DNA from: Isurus oxyrinchus
Lineage: Eukaryota
Reading direction: 5' to 3'
Length of the DNA stretch: 64,000 nucleotides
NCBI GenBank assembly: GCA_026770705.1
Contig: JANJGN010000557.1
Coordinates: 124,001 to 188,000 of the forward strand
Shown: positions 49,294-61,873 of the stretch, piece after piece
Layout: each line of letters opens with the position of its first letter
Numbering within the stretch: the stretch's first letter is position 1
The notes under the pieces: model-generated
Told to the model about the DNA's origin: nothing
Databases searched by the model: none
What the model saw: only the letters and a program-made list of their open reading frames with translations
Program-made: the position numbers and the translations under genes

Positions 49294-50997
49294 CTAGAGA
49301 ACACACAGAAAGAAATCATCACTGACTCTCCGCTTTCAATCTCTCACTCTGGCTGAACAATCAAGCTTCATATCACTGCAACATTTGCTGTAATATTGAC
49401 CCATCCACTGGGATTCAATGTGGAATGAATGTTTTCATTGTAAACACTCTAAGAGTGGACAATCGGAACTTTCCCCTTAGCGTGGAACATTGGTGAGAAT
49501 GGATCATTGTGCTGTTGGACTCCCTGTCCAATGTTTCTCTCCATCGCTGTGTACAGGATTGTGCTGTAGAAAATTCTGGAAACGTTTAGTGCAGGGTGGA
49601 AATCCATCTCGGACGCGTGTGCAAATCAGGCAGGATCGAGATGGACTCCCCCATGAACTTCCACCCCCCGCTTAATAAACAGTTCCAATCTTTACCCAGA
49701 GAGAGGGGAGAATGTGGAACTCGCTCCCACTGGGAGTGGTCGAGGTGAACAGTATCAATGTATTTAAGGGGCAGGAGGGTCGGTAACCAGAGGGACACAG
49801 ATTGATGAACCGGAGGGGGAGATGAGGAGAATTTGTTTTGACAGAGCGAGTTGTTGTGATCTGGAAGGTGCTGCCTGAAAGGGCAGTGGAAGCAGATTCA
49901 ACAGGAACTTTCAAAAGGGAAATTGGATAAACACTTGAAGGAAGAAGGTGGGGGCAAAGTGGAGTGGTGGTTAGTGGATCTGATTGGATAGAACATTGAA
50001 AGACCTGGCACAGGCACAATGGGCTGAATGGCCTCCTCCTGTGCTGTATCATTCTCCGCTTCCATGATCTCTCCCCCAGTTAGTAACCACTCCAGATCCC
50101 TCTTGAAGGCAACAGAGAGACAGCAACCACCACACCCACTGACAGCACATTCCCGAGTATCCCTACTCTCTGGGAAAAGATGAACTCCCCAACATCCAGC
50201 CTATTCCTGCTTCCTGGAGAGTGTAAACCCTTCCCAGAGCGCGGATGAACCTTTCAATAAACTGTATTATCAAATCTACCATTTGATATATGTTAATTTC
50301 GATGAACTTACACCATATGTAGCAAATTGTGAAGTGAAGTTGGCTGAAAAGCTGGGAGGTGCAAGCTTAAGCACCACAGTGCCACCACTGATGGGAGGAT
50401 GTAAAGACAGTGTGACGTTTACATAGGATGCCCCCATTATAAACAGGGTCATTGGACATGATGGCAAAACTGAACACTGGAAAGGTGAGAAAAAGAAGTA
50501 AGCTCTTCACTAACAGGAAATCCCTTCCTAAACTTCCGTATCTCTCCCTTTCTCTCAGATACACAAAAAATTTGACACAGGGCATTATAAGGAGGAGTTA
50601 GGACAGGCAAGAGTTACGGATTAGGAAGCTTCTTAAAGGAGGAGAGAGATACACAGTGAGGTGGGGAGTATCAGTTGGAATCTTTGTGCATGTGAGTTTC
50701 TGGAATAGACTTTGTAATTTGGATATTCTTCGATAAATATGAATGGGAACACATATCCCAGAATCCAGGAGAACTCTCCAGTGCAGTACTGAGGGAGGTC
50801 AGGTAACTCACAGGGAAGTGTGTACTACTGTGTTAGTGTGTGAGTGTGTCTTTCTGTGTGCTCATGAGTGTGGGATTGTGTGTGTGCATGCACTTTGGGT
50901 CTGTACATTTGTGAGTGCTTGTGTGTGTGTGCGTGGGAGAGCATCTGAGTATATGTGTTCGGAGATGAGAGAAATTTTAAAGTCTGTGTACACTCAC

Positions 50998-51279
50998 GTT
51001 CCACAGTAATGGTTAGGAACCCCTCCACTGCTCCATGTTCATTCTCTGCCACACACTGATATTCTCCAGTGTCCCTGGATGTAACGTGAGGAATCACCAA
51101 CCATAGCTCATTGTTGGAACTTGTTCTGTTCATTGGGACATTAAGATGTCGCCACGTCAGGTTAGAAGCTGGGAAGCTCTCGACAGAGCAGATTATCACT
51201 GCAGAATTCCCCTCAATTATATTGATCGATGAAGCGTTCATCATATCTGGAGAAGTAATTGAGAGATTCCGTGGTGCGT
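50998..51279 (-). CDS. S5 third Ig (C2/I-set) exon YAPRNLSIT...CSVESFPASNLTW...DTGEYQCVAENEHG...TITVE
   Basis: 282 bp open, phase 1-1; only intact copy in the window. Confidence 0.92.
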
Positions 51280-51411
51280 CTAAAAACAAATACAGATCAG
51301 TTAACTTACACTGACTGTGAAGCACTTTGAAAGACACTGAGAATGTGAAAAGTGTGATGTCAATGTAGGTTCTTTCACCACATAGCCCGTAATCCAGGCA
51401 GACACTTCAGT

Positions 51412-51752
51412 TCAGTATTGAGGGCGTGCTGCACTGTCAGAGGGTCAGTACTGAGGGAGTGCTGCACTGTCAGAGAGTCAGTACTGAGGGAGTGCTGCAC
51501 TGCCAGAGGTTCAGTGCTGAGGGAGTGCTGCACTGTCAGAGGGTCAGTCCTGAGGGAGTGCTGCACTGTAGGAGGGACAGTACTGTGGGAGTGCTGCACT
51601 GTAGGAGGGTTACTGCTGAGGTAAAACTGCACAGTCAGAGCGTCAGTTCTGATTGACCAGTGCAATGTTGGAGGAGCACTACTGAGGGATCATTATACTA
51701 TTAGAGAGACAGTAATGAGGGAGTGCTGCACTGTAGAAGGGTCAGTGCTGAG
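51412..51752 (-). repeat. 33-bp minisatellite array in the S5 C-Ig3 intron
   Basis: Direct repeats. Confidence 0.9.
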
Positions 51753-52023
51753 GAGGCAAACACGCTGTTATGTGTGTACTATAGGCCTCCTGTGATAATG
51801 TGGAGTGCCAGGTACCTTTAAGAGAATACAAGTGGATAAACCATGTGACAGTACTGACCAATCACTGGACAGTGTGGGCCACTGGTTAACTGTAAGTCTA
51901 GAGCTGGAGGTGGCTGTGGGAGCAGGCAAGGATTTAGTGCTCTGCCCTCTGTTACAATAAATAATCAGCTTGTTCTAATGTCGGTCTCTCTTGGTTATTG
52001 ATAGCGAGCATCAGCTAAGAATA

Positions 52024-52225
52024 ACTCAACAGGTCTGGCAGCATCCGGGGAGAAGAAAAGAGTTGATGTTTCGAGTCCTCATGACCCTTTGACAGAACTG
52101 AGGTCATGAGGACTCGAAACGTCAACACTTTTCTTCTCCGCCGATGCTGCCAGACCTGCTGAGTTTTTCCAGGTAATTCTGTTTTTATTTTGGATTTCCA
52201 GCATCCGCAGTTTTTTTGTTTTTAT
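52024..52225. mobile_element. Penelope-type terminal sequence arranged as an inverted repeat
   Basis: Arm 52024-52086 is complementary to about 52101-52165; related to the repeat at 29840-29975. Confidence 0.55.
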
Positions 52226-52319
52226 CAACTAACAAGTGTATGTGAAGCAGTGCAATTCGAATTTAATCAACCAGTGAACTCATAGACTCAAGATATAAAA
52301 CCAACAAACAGTCAGGGAG

Positions 52320-54045
52320 AGATGGACAATCCAACATGTGATCACATTTCAGAGATGTGTAAGAATAACAAAGCAGTAATACTCAGGGATTTTAACTACC
52401 CAAATATTAACTGGGACAGCTTTAGTGAGCAAGGTAGGGAGGGAGAAAAATTCTGAAGTTGCATCCAGGAGAAGATTTTTAGCCTGTGCATAGAAAGCTC
52501 AACAAGGGAGGGGACAGTTCTGGACCTAATATATGGAAAAGCGCCGGGGAAGTTGGAAAGCGTATCAGTAGGGGAGATAGTGACTGGAACTCAATTGGAT
52601 TTAGGACATTTATGGAGAAGGATAAGTTTGTGCTGGGAATAAAAATTCTAAACTGGGGAAAGGCTAATTTTACTAAGATGAGATATGATTGGGCCCAAGT
52701 GGACTGGGAGAAGCTCTTTGCAGATAAAACTGTGTCAGAGCAGTGGGAGGCATTCAAGGAGGGAATAGCGAGAGTACAGAGCAGATATCTTCCTGTAAAG
52801 ACAAAGAGGGAGACCAAGTCTGGAGAACCCTGGAAGACAAGGAACATAAAGGTTAGGATTGAGAAAAAAGAGAAGCTTATGGCAGATACTGAGGGCTCAA
52901 TACAGCAGAGTCCCTAGAGGAGTATAAATAGTGCAGAGGGGAACTGAAAAAGGACATTAGGAAAGATAAGCGAGTGCATGAGAAAGCACTGGTGGGTAGA
53001 ATAAAGCAAAACCCAGAGGGGTTTTTTAAATATGTAAAGAACAGGAGAATAACTCAGTAAAGAGTGGGGCCGATTAGGGACTATCGAGGTAATGTGTGTG
53101 TGGACCTGGAAGACGTGGGTACAGTCCTCAATGAATACTTTGCATCAGTCTTCACAATGGAAAAGGATGATGCAGGTATAACATCAGGGTGGAGGGCAGT
53201 GAAATATGAGAGGAAATTAACGCGGAGAAAGGAGGTACTAGTGGGTTTAGTGGCCTGAAAAGTGGATAAATCCACAAGCCTGGATGAGATGAATCCAAAG
53301 CTGTTGAGGGAGGCAAGGGAAGAGATATCAGGGGCCCTGGCAGTAATTTTCAAATCCTCTCTGGCCACAGGTGAGGTGCCAGAGGACTGGAGGATGGCTA
53401 ATGTTGTCCCATTATTAAAAAAGGGAGGAAGGGATAGATCAGGAAATTACAGGCCAGTCAGTCTAACCTCGGTGGTGGGGAAGTTACTAGTAAGAATTCT
53501 GAAGGACAGAATGAATCTGCACTGGGAGAGACAAGGATTAATCTGGGATATTCAGCATGGATTTGTTAAGGGAAGGTCATGTTTGACAAACCTGATCAAA
53601 TCTTTTGAGGAGGTAACCAGGAGTGTTGATGAGAGTAATGCCTTTGTTGTGGTCGACATGGGCTGAGGAAGGCTTTTGATAAGGTGCCTCTTGGCAGAGA
53701 GGCCAAGAAAGTAAGAGCCCATGGGATCCAAGGCAAAGTGGCACATTGGATCCAATATTGGCTGAGGCAGGAAGCAGAGGGTGATGGTGGAGGGATGTTT
53801 CTGTGACTGAATGTCTGTTTCCAGTGGGGTTCCACAGGGCTCAGTGCTGGGGCACTTGCTGTTTGTGGTGTATATAAATGAATTGGACTTAAATATAGGG
53901 GGAATGATCACGACGCAAATGGAATTCAACCTGGAAAAGTGTGAGGTAATTCACTTGGGGAGGTAGTTGATGACCAGCATGGACATGATGGGCTAAATGG
54001 CCTCCTTCTGTCCTGTAAGTGTCTATGAGTCTATGAGTCCATGAT
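52320..54045 (+). mobile_element. Degraded CR1 LINE ORF2 fragment
   Basis: VPEDWRMANVVPLLKKG..GNYRPVSLTSVVGKLL, QHGFVKGRSCLTNL. Confidence 0.92.
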
Positions 54046-54210
54046 GCACTGTCGGAGAGTCAGTATTAAGGATGTACTGCCTGTCAGGAGTCACTTTTTA
54101 CCAGTTAAAGACCAATGGTTTGTTGGTCAACAAAGTGCAGTATGTGGGAGCTTGCTGTGCACATTTTATACTATTCCAGCTAACGCAGAATGAAGGATGT
54201 CCATACTTAC

Positions 54211-54507
54211 ATTGCACCGTTAGTACGAGGGTCCGCTCCGATGAAACAGATGGATATCTCACTCTGCAGCTGAGAGTGTGTCCGTGGTGTTTGAGTGATG
54301 GGATCAGGGTCAGAACAGAAGTATAGGTCAGAGTGACACCATGCTGAGTTACAGTGTTTGAGACTGATCCAGGTACGTCAGTGGGAGTGTCCCAGGTTAA
54401 GACAGGTGCTGCTGTTCCATTGCACGTTGTGTTGAAGGTGCAGCTTACATCCACACGCTTTCCTGCAATAATTTCAGCAGGGAATATCGTGGGTTTATCT
54501 GTGAAAT
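54211..54507 (-). CDS. S5 C-set Ig exon
   Basis: 297 bp open, donor GTAAGT; last base T joins AC to give YAP of Ig3. Confidence 0.92.
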
Positions 54508-55818
54508 CTAACACACAGAGAATGGATCCTTTTAGAGAAATATAACGTGAAGCATCAGTTCAAATAGAAACCACAGTCCCACAAGAGAAAGCACTTTTAC
54601 AAGGATGATATCAGAACTGAGAGGTTACAATGATCATTAAAGAATTGTCTATTTTTACACTTGTTGAATCTCTGTCACTCAGATTAATACACTCTCACTC
54701 AGTGACCCTTGATTTGACCAGACTGGGTGAGGGTGGAGGAACAGCTCACAGCTCGGGGAGAGCAGACTCAGCATTTGGAAAAGGATATAGAGACACTGGA
54801 GAGGGTGGTAAAAAGCTTCACAAGGATGATCTCAGCAATGTGAGGCTTTACCTATCAGGAGAGGATGTACAGGCTGGGTCTCTGTTCCCGTGAACAGAGA
54901 AGGTTGAGGGGTGACCTCATTTGACCTTTGAAGTAATGAAAGGTTTTGATCGAGTAGACATGGAGAGAGTGTTTCCACTCCTCACAATGAACAAAACCAG
55001 AGGCTGACAATATAACATCCTCACTAATAAATCCAATGGGGAATTCAGGAGAAACTTATTTACCCAGAGAGTGGGGAGAATGTGTGCTTCAAGAATCACT
55101 TCATTGGCTGTGAATTGATTTAGGATCGTCCTGAGGTGGTGAAAGGCGCTATGGAAATGCGAGAATTGCTTTTGTATTTTGAAAGCAGGTTTCCAAGGAT
55201 GAGATGGGAACTGAGAGGTCACAACAATCAGCAGCAACTTTCCTATTTTCAAACTTGGTGGGGAATGTGTCACTGAGCTGAATACACTTTCACTCCCAGA
55301 CCCTTGAATTGCCAACACTGGGGTGTGGGTGATGGAGCAGTCCACAGCTCATGGAACCCTGGCTCATCATTCTCTCAGAGATCTGGGTCACTGATCCCAT
55401 TGCCCTCTGTGGGAGCTTCCTGTGCACAAACTCACTGCCACGTTAGTCACTATACTTCAAGAATTTCTTCATTGTCTGTGAAATGATTTGAAGTTTGCTG
55501 AGGTGGTGTAAGGCGCTATAGGAATGCACATCCTTCTTTTGTCAAATTGTTAGACATTTAAAAAGCATTAGGTAGACTGATGGGAGTGGATAACCTGATA
55601 ACATTGATGGACACAGTCAATACATTTAATCATTGATATTAAAGTGAGTATTAGAGGTTGCTTAAGGACTGAACTGGAAGCTTTCACCAGGTTATTGAGA
55701 ATCAGACGGTCTGTTATAATAAACTGTGTTTTGTGTTAATATGTAAACGTCACAGTTTGTGTTATTTCCCATTGAGTGTTGAATGTGATTTGTTGAGTAA
55801 TTATAACACAGCACTTAC

Positions 55819-56187
55819 CAGAAACGTGAAGCTGGGTTACAGGGTAATAGTTATGGCTCGGACCATTGTCAAATTCTATTCTGAAAAAATAAGGTCCTGC
55901 ATCTTCCCGTCTGATGTTCTTTATAATCAGGGAACAGTCGCCATCTTTCAGGTCTCCAGACAGCCGGGTCCGATGGTGGAACCGTGGTAACTCGTGACTG
56001 TGATCCTTGGAGTGAAAGGCAATGGGAGGCCAGAATTTGTATTTCTCATTATTAAACCAGATTCCGACTTGTCGTTTGTTTTCAAAATGTGCTGGATAAC
56101 TGTAATGACACCGAATCTGTACACACGAACCTTCCTGCGCTGTCACCTCTCGTGGAGTGTCACCTTTCCACTGTTGTGACAGTCCAA
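55819..56187 (-). CDS. S5 V-set exon, intact, essential Arg present
   Basis: 369 bp open, phase 1-1. Confidence 0.92.
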
Positions 56188-57080
56188 CTGGGGAGAGAAA
56201 TATCAATATTTAACCCTGGATCCTCATTGTCTAAGGAATCTCTTTGGATCCTCATTGTCTAAGGGATTATTTCTGATCCAAACCCCATATTGTTGTCTTG
56301 TTGATTCCGATGCAGCATTGTAGACTGACTTGTCCCCAAGCTCAGCACTGACCCTACTCCAGCAGACACTGTGAAACACACTAACAAAGCGCCTCTAGCC
56401 TGAGCTCTGCATGTGTCGAGAGAAAGACAAATATACAAACTGAATATTGACCCATTTACTCACGGACAGCTTTACCTTCCTTCTCTCTTTCAGTTATCTT
56501 GCTCCCTTATTGAAGTTTCTAGCAAGGTGAGAATGGACAGGAAGTGTGACACTGAACAGCCTGTCTATTCTAGGAGCTGCTGTGCTGTCTTCATGGGAAA
56601 TTCTGACTAAAATCAGCAAAAGACACTAATTTCAGGCCATTGCTGTCAGAGTCCTAGCCACAAGATAGACTTCATCCCCTGAATTTTGTGTCCGATTTTC
56701 TACTCAAACATTCACCTCCGCACACACCCACCCCGACCCCACAAGTCACTCGCTGACCTACACTGGCTTCCAGTCCAACAACACCTCGATGTGATTATTT
56801 TCACACTTGATTTCCAATCCCTCCATCACTCCGCTCCACTCCCTGTCTCTGTAAGTCCCTCCAAACCTACAACCCTCTGTGATCTCTGCTCTCCTCCAAT
56901 TCTGCTGTCAGACAGGGAGTCAGTGTATATCAGTGAGCACAGGGGTGATGGGTGAATGGGACTTGGTGTGAGTTTGTACACTGGATCACTGCTAAATCAG
57001 TTCCCAATCACAGCTCAATAAGAATGATCTTTTACAAAGACTATTAACCATAAATCTGTCTGAGCTGATGATGTTATTAC

Positions 57081-57120
57081 CTTGGAGAAGTGACAGGAGG
57101 CAGTAATATTTCCCGATCAT
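57081..57120 (-). CDS. S5 leader exon MIGKYYCLLSLLQ
   Basis: 40 bp; total CDS 40+369+297+282+140 = 1128 nt = 375 aa plus stop. Confidence 0.88.
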
Positions 57121-57537
57121 TGTCCACTCCCAGATATTTCAACAGCTTCTCACTCTCAAACTCTGAAAGAGAAAGGAGTTAATGAGACCTCACCTCTTGT
57201 CCGACAGCTCTCGAGGGATCAGAACTGCTTTTAGACAATGTCTTCACAGATTAATTTGATTCTCTGTGGGATGATAGGTGCTCTGGCGAGAGTTACAAGG
57301 CTTGAAAAAGAAAAACAATGAAGGACTTGCATTTCTATATCGCCTTTCACCTGCTCAGGACACCCCAAAGCTCATGTCCCTGCTCTTCCCTCATCCCTTG
57401 AGCTAGAAAGATGTTCTGTACAACAGACTTGAGCCTCACACCCAGATCTCAATAATCAGTAGAAATCTTTCAAAGGCATCAATCATTGGAATCTGTCTTT
57501 ATAAAGTCACAACATCAACAAAGGATGGTGTTGGTGG

Positions 57538-57712
57538 TGGAAGTGAATTCCAATCGTTCCGTTACTTACCCAGGACCTGTCCGACTGCTCGCCTGGGGAG
57601 GAACTGCCCACACGCTCTGCTTGGGCTGAATGACCTCTTCCTGTGCTGCTCCCTCTGTGTATTTAATTAGAAAGGGTTGATGTGTCTCTGTGAGACAAAA
57701 TGAGGAAGTAGC
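57538..57712 (-). promoter_or_regulatory. S5 promoter and non-coding exon 1
   Basis: Donor at 57569, TATA-like at about 57660-57667, GAGGAAGT at 57702-57709. Confidence 0.6.
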
Positions 57713-57889
57713 AAAGGAGTGAGTAAACAGGCAGTAGGAATGAGTGCTTCATACCACAAAGCGTTGCAACATAATCACACTTTTGACCTATTTATTGTGA
57801 CTCTGTGATGCTTCTCTTCTGTTGTTTGCTATTTGGTAACGTCAGTTTTCTACCATGGCTCCGAGGGTTAATATTTAATTGTGCTGTTG

Positions 57890-60400
57890 CAGGGTAAATA
57901 CTGAGCACGTGCGGCACCATCAGGGGGTCAGTTCTGATGGGGTGCTGCTCTGTCGCAGGATCAGGTCTGAAGAAGTGCTGCTCTGTTGGAGGGTCAGCAG
58001 CAAAGGAGTTCTGCACTGTCAGAGTATTGTTGTATTGTTCCTGAGGGCGTGCTGCACTGTCAGAGGGTCAGTGCTGAGGGAGTGCTGCACTGTCAGAGGG
58101 TCAGTACTGAGGGAGTGCTGCACTGTCAGAGGGTCAGTACTGAGGGAGTGCTGCACTGTCAGAGGGTCAGTACTGAGGGAGTGCTGCACTGTCAGAGGGT
58201 CAGCACTGAGGGAGTGCTGCACTGTCAGAGGGTCAGTACTGAGGGAGTGCTGCACTATCAGAAGGTCAGTACTGTGGGAGTGCTGCACTGTCAGAGGGTC
58301 AGTACTGAGGGAGTGCTGCACATTCAGAGGGTCAGTACTGAGGGAGTGCTGCACTGTTGGAGGGTCAGAACTGAGGTATTGCTGCACTGTCGGAGGGTTA
58401 GTACTGAGGTAGTGCTGCACTGTCAGAGGGTCAGTACAGAGGGAATGCTGCACTGTCGGAGGCTCAGTACTGAGGTAGTGCTGCACTCTTGGAGGGACAG
58501 TTCTGAGGAGTGCTGCCCTGTCGGAGGGTCAGTACTGAGGGAGTGCTGCACTGTCAGAGTCTTGTTCCTGAGGGAGTGCTGCACTGTCAGAGGGACAGTA
58601 CTGAGGGAGTGCTGCACTGTCAGAGGGTCAGTACTGAGGGAGTGCTGCACATTCAGAGGGTCAGTACTGAGGGAATGCTACACAGTTGGAGGGTCAGAAC
58701 TGAGGTAGTGCTGCACTGTCGGAGGGTCAGTACTGAGGTAGTGTTGCACTGTCATCGGGTCAGTACTGAGGGAGTGCTGCACTGTCGGAGGGTCAGTACT
58801 GAGGGAGTGCTGCACTGTTGGAGGGTCAGTACTGAGGGAGTGCTGCACTGTCGGAGGGTCAGTACTGAGGGAATGCTGCACTCTTGGTGTGTCAGTACTG
58901 AGGGAGTGCTGCACTGTCAGTGGGTCAGTATTGAGGAAGTGCTGGACACTTGGTGGGTCAATACTGATGTAGTGCCGCACTATTGTATAGTCAGTACTGA
59001 GGGAGTGCTGCACTGTTGGAGGGTCAGTACTGAGGGAGTGCTGCACTGTCGGTTGGTCAGTACTGAGGGAGTGCTGCACACTTGTATGGTCAGTACTGGG
59101 GGAGTGCTGCACTCTTGTATGGTCAGTACTGGGGGAGTGCTGCACTGTCAGAGGGTCAGCACTGAGGGAGTGCTGCACTGTCAGAGGGTCAGTACTGAGG
59201 GAGTGCTGCACTATCAGAAGGCCAGTACTGTGGGAGTGCTGCACTGTCAGAGGGTCAGTACTGAGGGAGTGCTGCACATTCAGAGGGTCAGTACTGAGGG
59301 AGTGCTGCACTGTTGGAGGGTCAGAACTGAGGTATTGCTGCACTGTCGGAGGGTTAGTACTGAGGTAGTGCTGCACTGTCAGAGGGTCAGTACAGAGGGA
59401 ATGCTGCACTGTCGGAGGCTCAGTACTGAGGTAGTGCTGCACTCTTGGAGGGACAGTTCTGAGGAGTGCTGCCCTGTCGGAGGGTCAGTACTGAGGGAGT
59501 GCTGCACTGTCAGAGTCTTGTTCCTGAGGGAGTGCTGCACTGTCAGAGGGACAGTACTGAGGGAGTGCTGCACTGTCAGAGAGTCAGTACTGAGGGAGTG
59601 CTGCACATTCAGAGGGTCAGTACTGAGGGAGTGCTACACTGTTGGAGGGTCAGAACTGAGGTAGTGCTGCACTGTCAGAGGGTCAGTACTGAGGTAGTGT
59701 TGCACTGTCATCGGGTCAGTACTGAGGTAGTGCTGCACTGTCGGAGGGTCAGTACTGAGGGAGTGCTGCACTGTTGGAGGGTCAGTACTGAGGGAGTGCT
59801 GCACTGTCGGAGGGTCAGTACTGAGGGAATGCTGCACTCTTGGTGTGTCAGTACTGAGGGAGTGCTGCACTGTCAGTGGGTCAGTATTGAGGAAGTGCTG
59901 GACACTTGGTGGGTCAATACTTATGTAGTGCCGCACTATTGTATAGTCAGTACTGAGGGAGTGCTGCACTGTTGGAGGGTCAGTACTGAGGGAGTGCTGC
60001 ACTGTCGGTTGGTCAGTACTGAGGGAGTGCTGCACACTTGTATGGTCAGTACTGGGGGAGTGCTGCACTCTTGTATGGTCAGTACTGGGGGAGTGCTGCA
60101 CTGTTGGAGGGTCAGTACTGAGGGAGTGCTGCACTGTCGGTTGGTCAGTACTGAGGGAGTGCTGCACTCTTGTGTGGTCAGTACTGAGGGAGTGCTGCAC
60201 TGTTGGAGGGTCAGTACTGAGGGAGTGCTGCACTGTTGGAGGGTTAGTACTGAGGGAGTGCTGCACTGTCAGTTGGTCAGTACTGAGGGAGTGCTGCACT
60301 CTTGTATGATCAGTATTGAGGGAGTGCTGCACTGTTGGAGGGTCAGTACTGAGGGAGTGCTGCACTGTTGGAGGGTCAGTACTGAGGGAGTGCTCCACTA
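57890..60400 (-). repeat. Large 33-bp minisatellite array with a 956-bp higher-order duplication
   Basis: Variant-unit order at 58510 recurs at 59466. Confidence 0.95.
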
Positions 60401-61873
60401 TCTAAAGAACATTGTACAAGTTTCACAAAATTGCATCTAATGCCTTTGTCTCATTAACTTCAAATTTAGAACAGGAATATTTCTCGCTGTTTCTGAGCAG
60501 CAAGGCAGCTTTGATATCACACCACCCAATGGCAGGAGTGCCTAACTACAATGTGACATGTTTACATGGGAAGTTTCCATTATAAAGATGGGCACAATAA
60601 TTCACATGATTGGAAAATCATCACAACATGAAGTAATGTCTTTGAGCCAAGAATTTGCAGTAAAATGAGAATTTTAATGTGTAAATATCTACAGAACAGC
60701 CTGTGCATTTTAATCACTTGTGTTAATCAATGTAATTTTATTCATCACCCAAATGCTTCTTACAATCTATCGCAGCATGAAAAAGGTGCAGCATTCAGAA
60801 AGCACATTCCAATCAGAGAACAGAGTTTAGCAACGTCACATTTCTGTTCATTCCTATTCGACCATGTTGGCTGCACACAGCCAGACAATGCCGTGGTTAT
60901 GATGTGTCCACACAGCAGGACTGGGGAGCACCAGGTATAAGGAAAAGTTTCAGCTTGCTGAGGAGAAGAAGGACAATCTCTCGTTCCAGGTTTCTCTCCG
61001 TACATTAAGAAGCAGGCATGCCGATGTTTCATTGCACTCTGTCTGCTGATGGGAGTCCGCTTGGAAATTGCTGTTTGTGCTGATGGAAAGAATAAGCTTT
61101 TCATAAATCGAGGGATTGAGTACAAACACAGGGAGGTTATGCTGAACATTTATAAAGCTCTGGTTAGGTCACAACTAGAGTATTGTGTCCAGTTCTGGTC
61201 TCCTCACTTTGGGAAGGAAGTGAGGGTCCTTGAGAGGGTGGGGAGGAGATTGAGCAGAATGGGTCCAGGGATGAGGGATTTTAGCTACAAGGTTGGGTTG
61301 GAGAAGCTGGGGTTGTTCTCCTTGGAGCAAAGGAGATTGAGGGGGGATCTGATCGAGGTGGCATTGCACATAATGGGAATTATGTGCACGGAAATAGTGA
61401 GAACATTATGTAAGCTTTTCACCAGCAGGAATTCTCTTCCTAAACCTCTCCAACTCTCTCTTACTCTCAGATACACAAAGAAAATCTCACAGAATCAGAT
61501 AAGGAAGAGTTGGGTTGGTGATTCATCAAAGGGTTAGGTTTCAGGAAGCTTCTTAAAGGGAGAGAGAGAGTTGGAGACGCAGAGAGTATCTGTGAGTGTC
61601 TCTATGCATCTGAGTGTCTGTAATAGTAATTTCCATATTCTTCCATAAATATGAATGGGAACACAAATCCCAGAATTCAGGCCAACTCTCCAGTGCAGTA
61701 CTGAGGGAGGTCAGGTAACCCATGAGGGAGCGAGTGTTAGTGTTTGTGTGTGAGTGTGTCTTTGTGTGTGGTCATATATGTGTGTCTGCACGTGTCTATT
61801 TAGGTGTGTATGTTCGATGGTGTTTGTGTAGTGTTCAAATCTGAGAGAGATGTTGAAGTCTGTGTACACTCAC

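Noticed and set aside
50367-50585. Hydrophobic stretch FLLVKSLLLFLTFPVFSFAIM as a Lys-containing TM
   Set aside because: It is a translated polypyrimidine tract next to L2-like sequence, not conserved as hydrophobic in paralogs; a better TM exon exists at 49154-49293
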